From Heteronotia binoei (lineage: Eukaryota): a stretch of DNA of 64,000 bases. This document shows, in pieces, positions 60,869 to 64,000 of this stretch. The position numbers were made by a program, and so were the translations under genes. Within the stretch, counting starts at the first letter, position 1. Every line of letters begins with the position of its first letter. Below the pieces are notes generated by a model. The model worked only from the letters and a program-made list of their open reading frames with translations, was not told the DNA's origin and did not search any database. The stretch is from NCBI RefSeq assembly GCF_032191835.1, contig NC_083236.1:70990001-71054000 (forward strand), given 5' to 3'.

Positions 60869-61075
60869 NNNNNNNNNNNNNNNNNNNNNNNNNNNNNNNN
60901 NNNNNNNNNNNNNNNNNNNNNNNNNNNNNNNNNNNNNNNNNNNNNNNNNNNNNNNNNNNNNNNNNNNNNNNNNNNNNNNNNNNNNNNNNNNNNNNNNNNN
61001 NNNNNNNNNNNNNNNNNNNNNNNNNNNNNNNNNNNNNNNNNNNNNNNNNNNNNNNNNNNNNNNNNNNNNNNNNNN
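60869..61075. other. Assembly gap (207 N) in CDH3 intron 10
   Basis: Run of N. Confidence 1.
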
Positions 61076-62567
61076 CCCTTCCCTTTGCTGGCGAGGAGGG
61101 GGGAGCAAGGGTGGACATCACTCACGGTGGTGCCCATGAAGACTGCCGGGCATCCCTGTCCTTGCCCATGGCGGTTTGCGCCAGCTCTTTTAACTGGGTC
61201 CCTCTTCAGCTTCTTCAGCCACCCTGAGCCTGCTTCGGCAGGGAGGGCTGGATATAAATCCAATAAAGAACATCACTTCAAATTAAATGGGGCCAAGTGG
61301 CCGTCCTGGCTGAGTGGGACAGACAGCCTTCTAAATGCAGCCCCAGGGCCTGGTTTGGGGGCTGCACAACTCCCCCCCCACCCCACATCTGGGCTGCCTT
61401 TCAACGCTTGGAGCTACAGCCTAATGGATGGCAGGCAGGGCTCTGAAGGTGCTGATTGGAGAGGTGTAAAAGGATCTCCCTTAATGGACTGGCTGAGAAA
61501 GCGCAAATGCCGCCCGCAGCAAGTGTCTCACAATGTAGAGTTTCACTGCAGGCCGCTCCACCTGTAGCTGATGGAGGAGCTGGTTAAAGGGGAGTGGTAT
61601 CTGAGCCTACTTCCTCTGTGGCCACTCAGCCGGGAAGGAATGTGGGCGGGGCCTTCAGGAAGGATCTGGGAGCCCTCCAAGACTGAGGACCTTGATAAGG
61701 GGGGGGAGAGGGGGAGAGATCACCTTCGCAGAAAGAAAGCAATGGTTGTGAAATGGGGGAGGGGATAGAGCTGAACTAAGCCAGCCTCAGGATATTCTTA
61801 GAGAAAGACATTATTTAGCAGAGCAAGAAATGAGCAGATATGTAGAGATCATGTGTGTGTTTAAAAGAATTTGATTGCTTTACTTAACAACTACAAGGGA
61901 AGGATAAACTGGGAAGAAAAATAACAGACACTCACTTCCTACATCTTTACAGTTAGAGAGCAGAACTAGGAATGGCTTCTCTTCTTTAAACTATGACAAA
62001 GGGAGGAAGGCTAACAAAAACAAGGTTAACTGTATAATTACTGAAGTGTTGCAAACTTGCTAATCCCAGCAGCCAGGCAGGCCAGCCGCCCGGGGGGAAG
62101 GGGTCCCTCCGTCCTCTGCATCCCCCTCCCTGGACAGACCTTGAGGTGCCCTTGGTGGCTGGGGCAGACGGTTGGCCTCGAGCCCTGGGGGCGTAGCCTG
62201 TCCTAGAAGCGTGGGGCAGCATCCTAGAGAGCTTCCGATGGCAGCTCTGTGTGCGCCAAAAATTCTGGGGAAACATTTTTGTGTGATTAAAATGCTTCTG
62301 CCCTAACTTTCCTCATGGCTCAAAGGGGCAGGGAAGAGGAGGCCGGCATGTTGGGTGAAGAGAAAGAGGAGCTGCCCCCCAAACTCCCCTCCCCTTGCCT
62401 TTTAACAGGGGACAAGAAGCTCCGGAGGGCTGTGCCTGGTCTCTTCAGCATGTGCCTTCCAGCCTGAATTTGTGCTTCTGGCTGCGGGAGAAGGGGGGGG
62501 AAGTGCCCTTCTCCCTCCTCTGCTCTTGGCTGGGGCTGAAGTGTGCCCCTTCCTTTCTACCTTCCAG

Positions 62568-62710
62568 GTACTTCATGGAGTATGACCCGGCTGGCTGGTT
62601 GGCCATCCACCCGGAGAGTGGCCTCATCACAACCAGGGCGGCCTTGGACCGGGAGGCCTACCTCGTGAAGAACAACACCTACGAGGCCCTAGTGCTGGCT
62701 GTGGATGATG
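62568..62710 (+). CDS. CDH3: CDH3 exon 11 (YFMEYDPAGWL...LDRE...LAVDD); gene continues beyond the window
   Basis: 143 nt; DPAGWL and LDRE motifs. Confidence 0.95.
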
Positions 62711-63924
62711 GTAGGGGCTGGGTGGGGGGATGCTGCTCTTCGCAGGGGAGGGAATCAAAAGCCTCATTGTTGGGCAGAGCAGCAGCCTGATCGTCACTGC
62801 CCGTGTGAGGGGCACATGCTGCCTTGCAGGCTGTCACGAGAAACCGCGTTCCAGTCTGATTAAGAGGGGGAGATGAATTTCCTTCCGCCCTGCCTCTCTG
62901 TATCTCTTGAAGAACATTCCGGGTGGCAGAGATGGGCCTCACTGAGGAAAGAACTGCAGGGTTGCCAGAGGAAGGGGGGAAAGCTTGGTGGCAGCCCCCC
63001 ATTTGACGTCCACTGGACAGAACAGGATAGAGACGAGAAGCAGGCTGAGCCCTTGGATTGTGTATGGCAGTAACGAGGGAAGCAAAGTTCAGCCAACTTC
63101 TCAGCATTGTGTCTGTTCTGGAGACAGCTAGCTTGGTGTAGTGGTGAAGTGTGTAGACTCTTATCTGGGAGAACCAGGTTTGATTCCCCACTCCTCCACT
63201 TACAGCTGCTGGAATTGTCTTGGGTCAGCCATAGCTATCGCAGGAGTTGTCCTTGAAAGGGCAGCTGCTGTGAGAGCCCTCTCAGCACCCACCTCACAGG
63301 GTGTCTATTGTGGGGGAAGAAGATAAAGGAGATTGTAAAGCCAGTTTGGTGTAGTGGTTAAGTGTGCAGACTCTTATCTGGGAGAACCGGGTTTGATTCC
63401 CCGCTCTTCCACTTGCAGCTGCTGGATTGACCTTGGGTCAGCCATAGCTATCACAGGAGTTGTCCTTGAAAGGCAGCTTCTGGGCCCCAACCACCTCATG
63501 GAGGGGGGGGGGGGTCTGTTGTGGGGGAAGAAGATAAAGGAGATTGTAAGCCGGTCTGAGACTCTGAGATTCAAATCTGGGGTATAAATCTGGGGTATAA
63601 ATCCTATATCTTCTTCTCTTATACTTCAAAGCAAAAAGCACATCTGAGCATGTTAGTCAGAGCATTAATGTCCACCTTTAAGTGGCTTTTACTTAACTAA
63701 TAAGTCATGCACAGTTTGGGTTCTCAAAATATAATTTACAGAAACATAGCGCTGACATGAGCTGGCACTCTTTGCACATGTGTGCATTTCTTTCTCAACT
63801 CTTTGGTTGTGCTTGGAGTGTGTAGCGTTTTCAAAGATTTCAGGTTTTCACGGCTGTAACATCATTAGGGTTTGTAGAATCTTTCGGGCTCAAGTGCCGT
63901 GTTCTACTGGAGAAAGTTTTCCTT

Positions 63925-63965
63925 CCAGACGTTTCATTCTCGGCTGTGGAGAACATCCTCAGTGG
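63925..63965 (-). ncRNA. Minimal type I hammerhead ribozyme motif in a probable Penelope pLTR
   Basis: Minus strand CCA-CUGAGGA-UGUUCUC-CACAGCC-GAGAAU-GAAAC-GUC-UGG: core boxes, stem II and stem I all present. Confidence 0.65.
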
Positions 63966-64000
63966 CGTTGCAGCCGGAGCAGGCGCTCTGACCTTCTTGG

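Overview
Vertebrate (squamate, most likely gecko, inferred from the repeat families) genomic window, GC-rich and repeat-dense. Four recognisable genes: the first coding exon of DBNDD1 (minus strand), head-to-head across a CpG island with a complete 11-exon GAS8/DRC4 gene (plus, 486 aa); URAH (HIU hydrolase, minus, three coding exons found), convergent with GAS8; and exons 1-11 of a type-I classical cadherin most like B-/P-cadherin (CDH3, plus), which runs off the right end. Most notable: (1) an isolated, intact 144-nt E-cadherin-type exon (furin site plus DWAIPP strand) on the minus strand 2.35 kb upstream of URAH exon 2, in a phase that would splice in frame into URAH as assembled; (2) URAH has no in-frame start or PTS2 exon that I could find, its homologous internal ATG is one base out of frame, and its YRGS signature reads YRGN; (3) CDH3 exon 5 has a 1-nt deletion giving an immediate stop. 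Between URAH and CDH3 lies a four-level nested transposon stack with readable target-site duplications, a Penelope element and tandemly amplified SINE/CR1 segments; a minimal hammerhead ribozyme motif sits at the right end. Comparisons with human, mouse and chicken proteins are from memory, and repeat boundaries are approximate unless a TSD or TIR is quoted.
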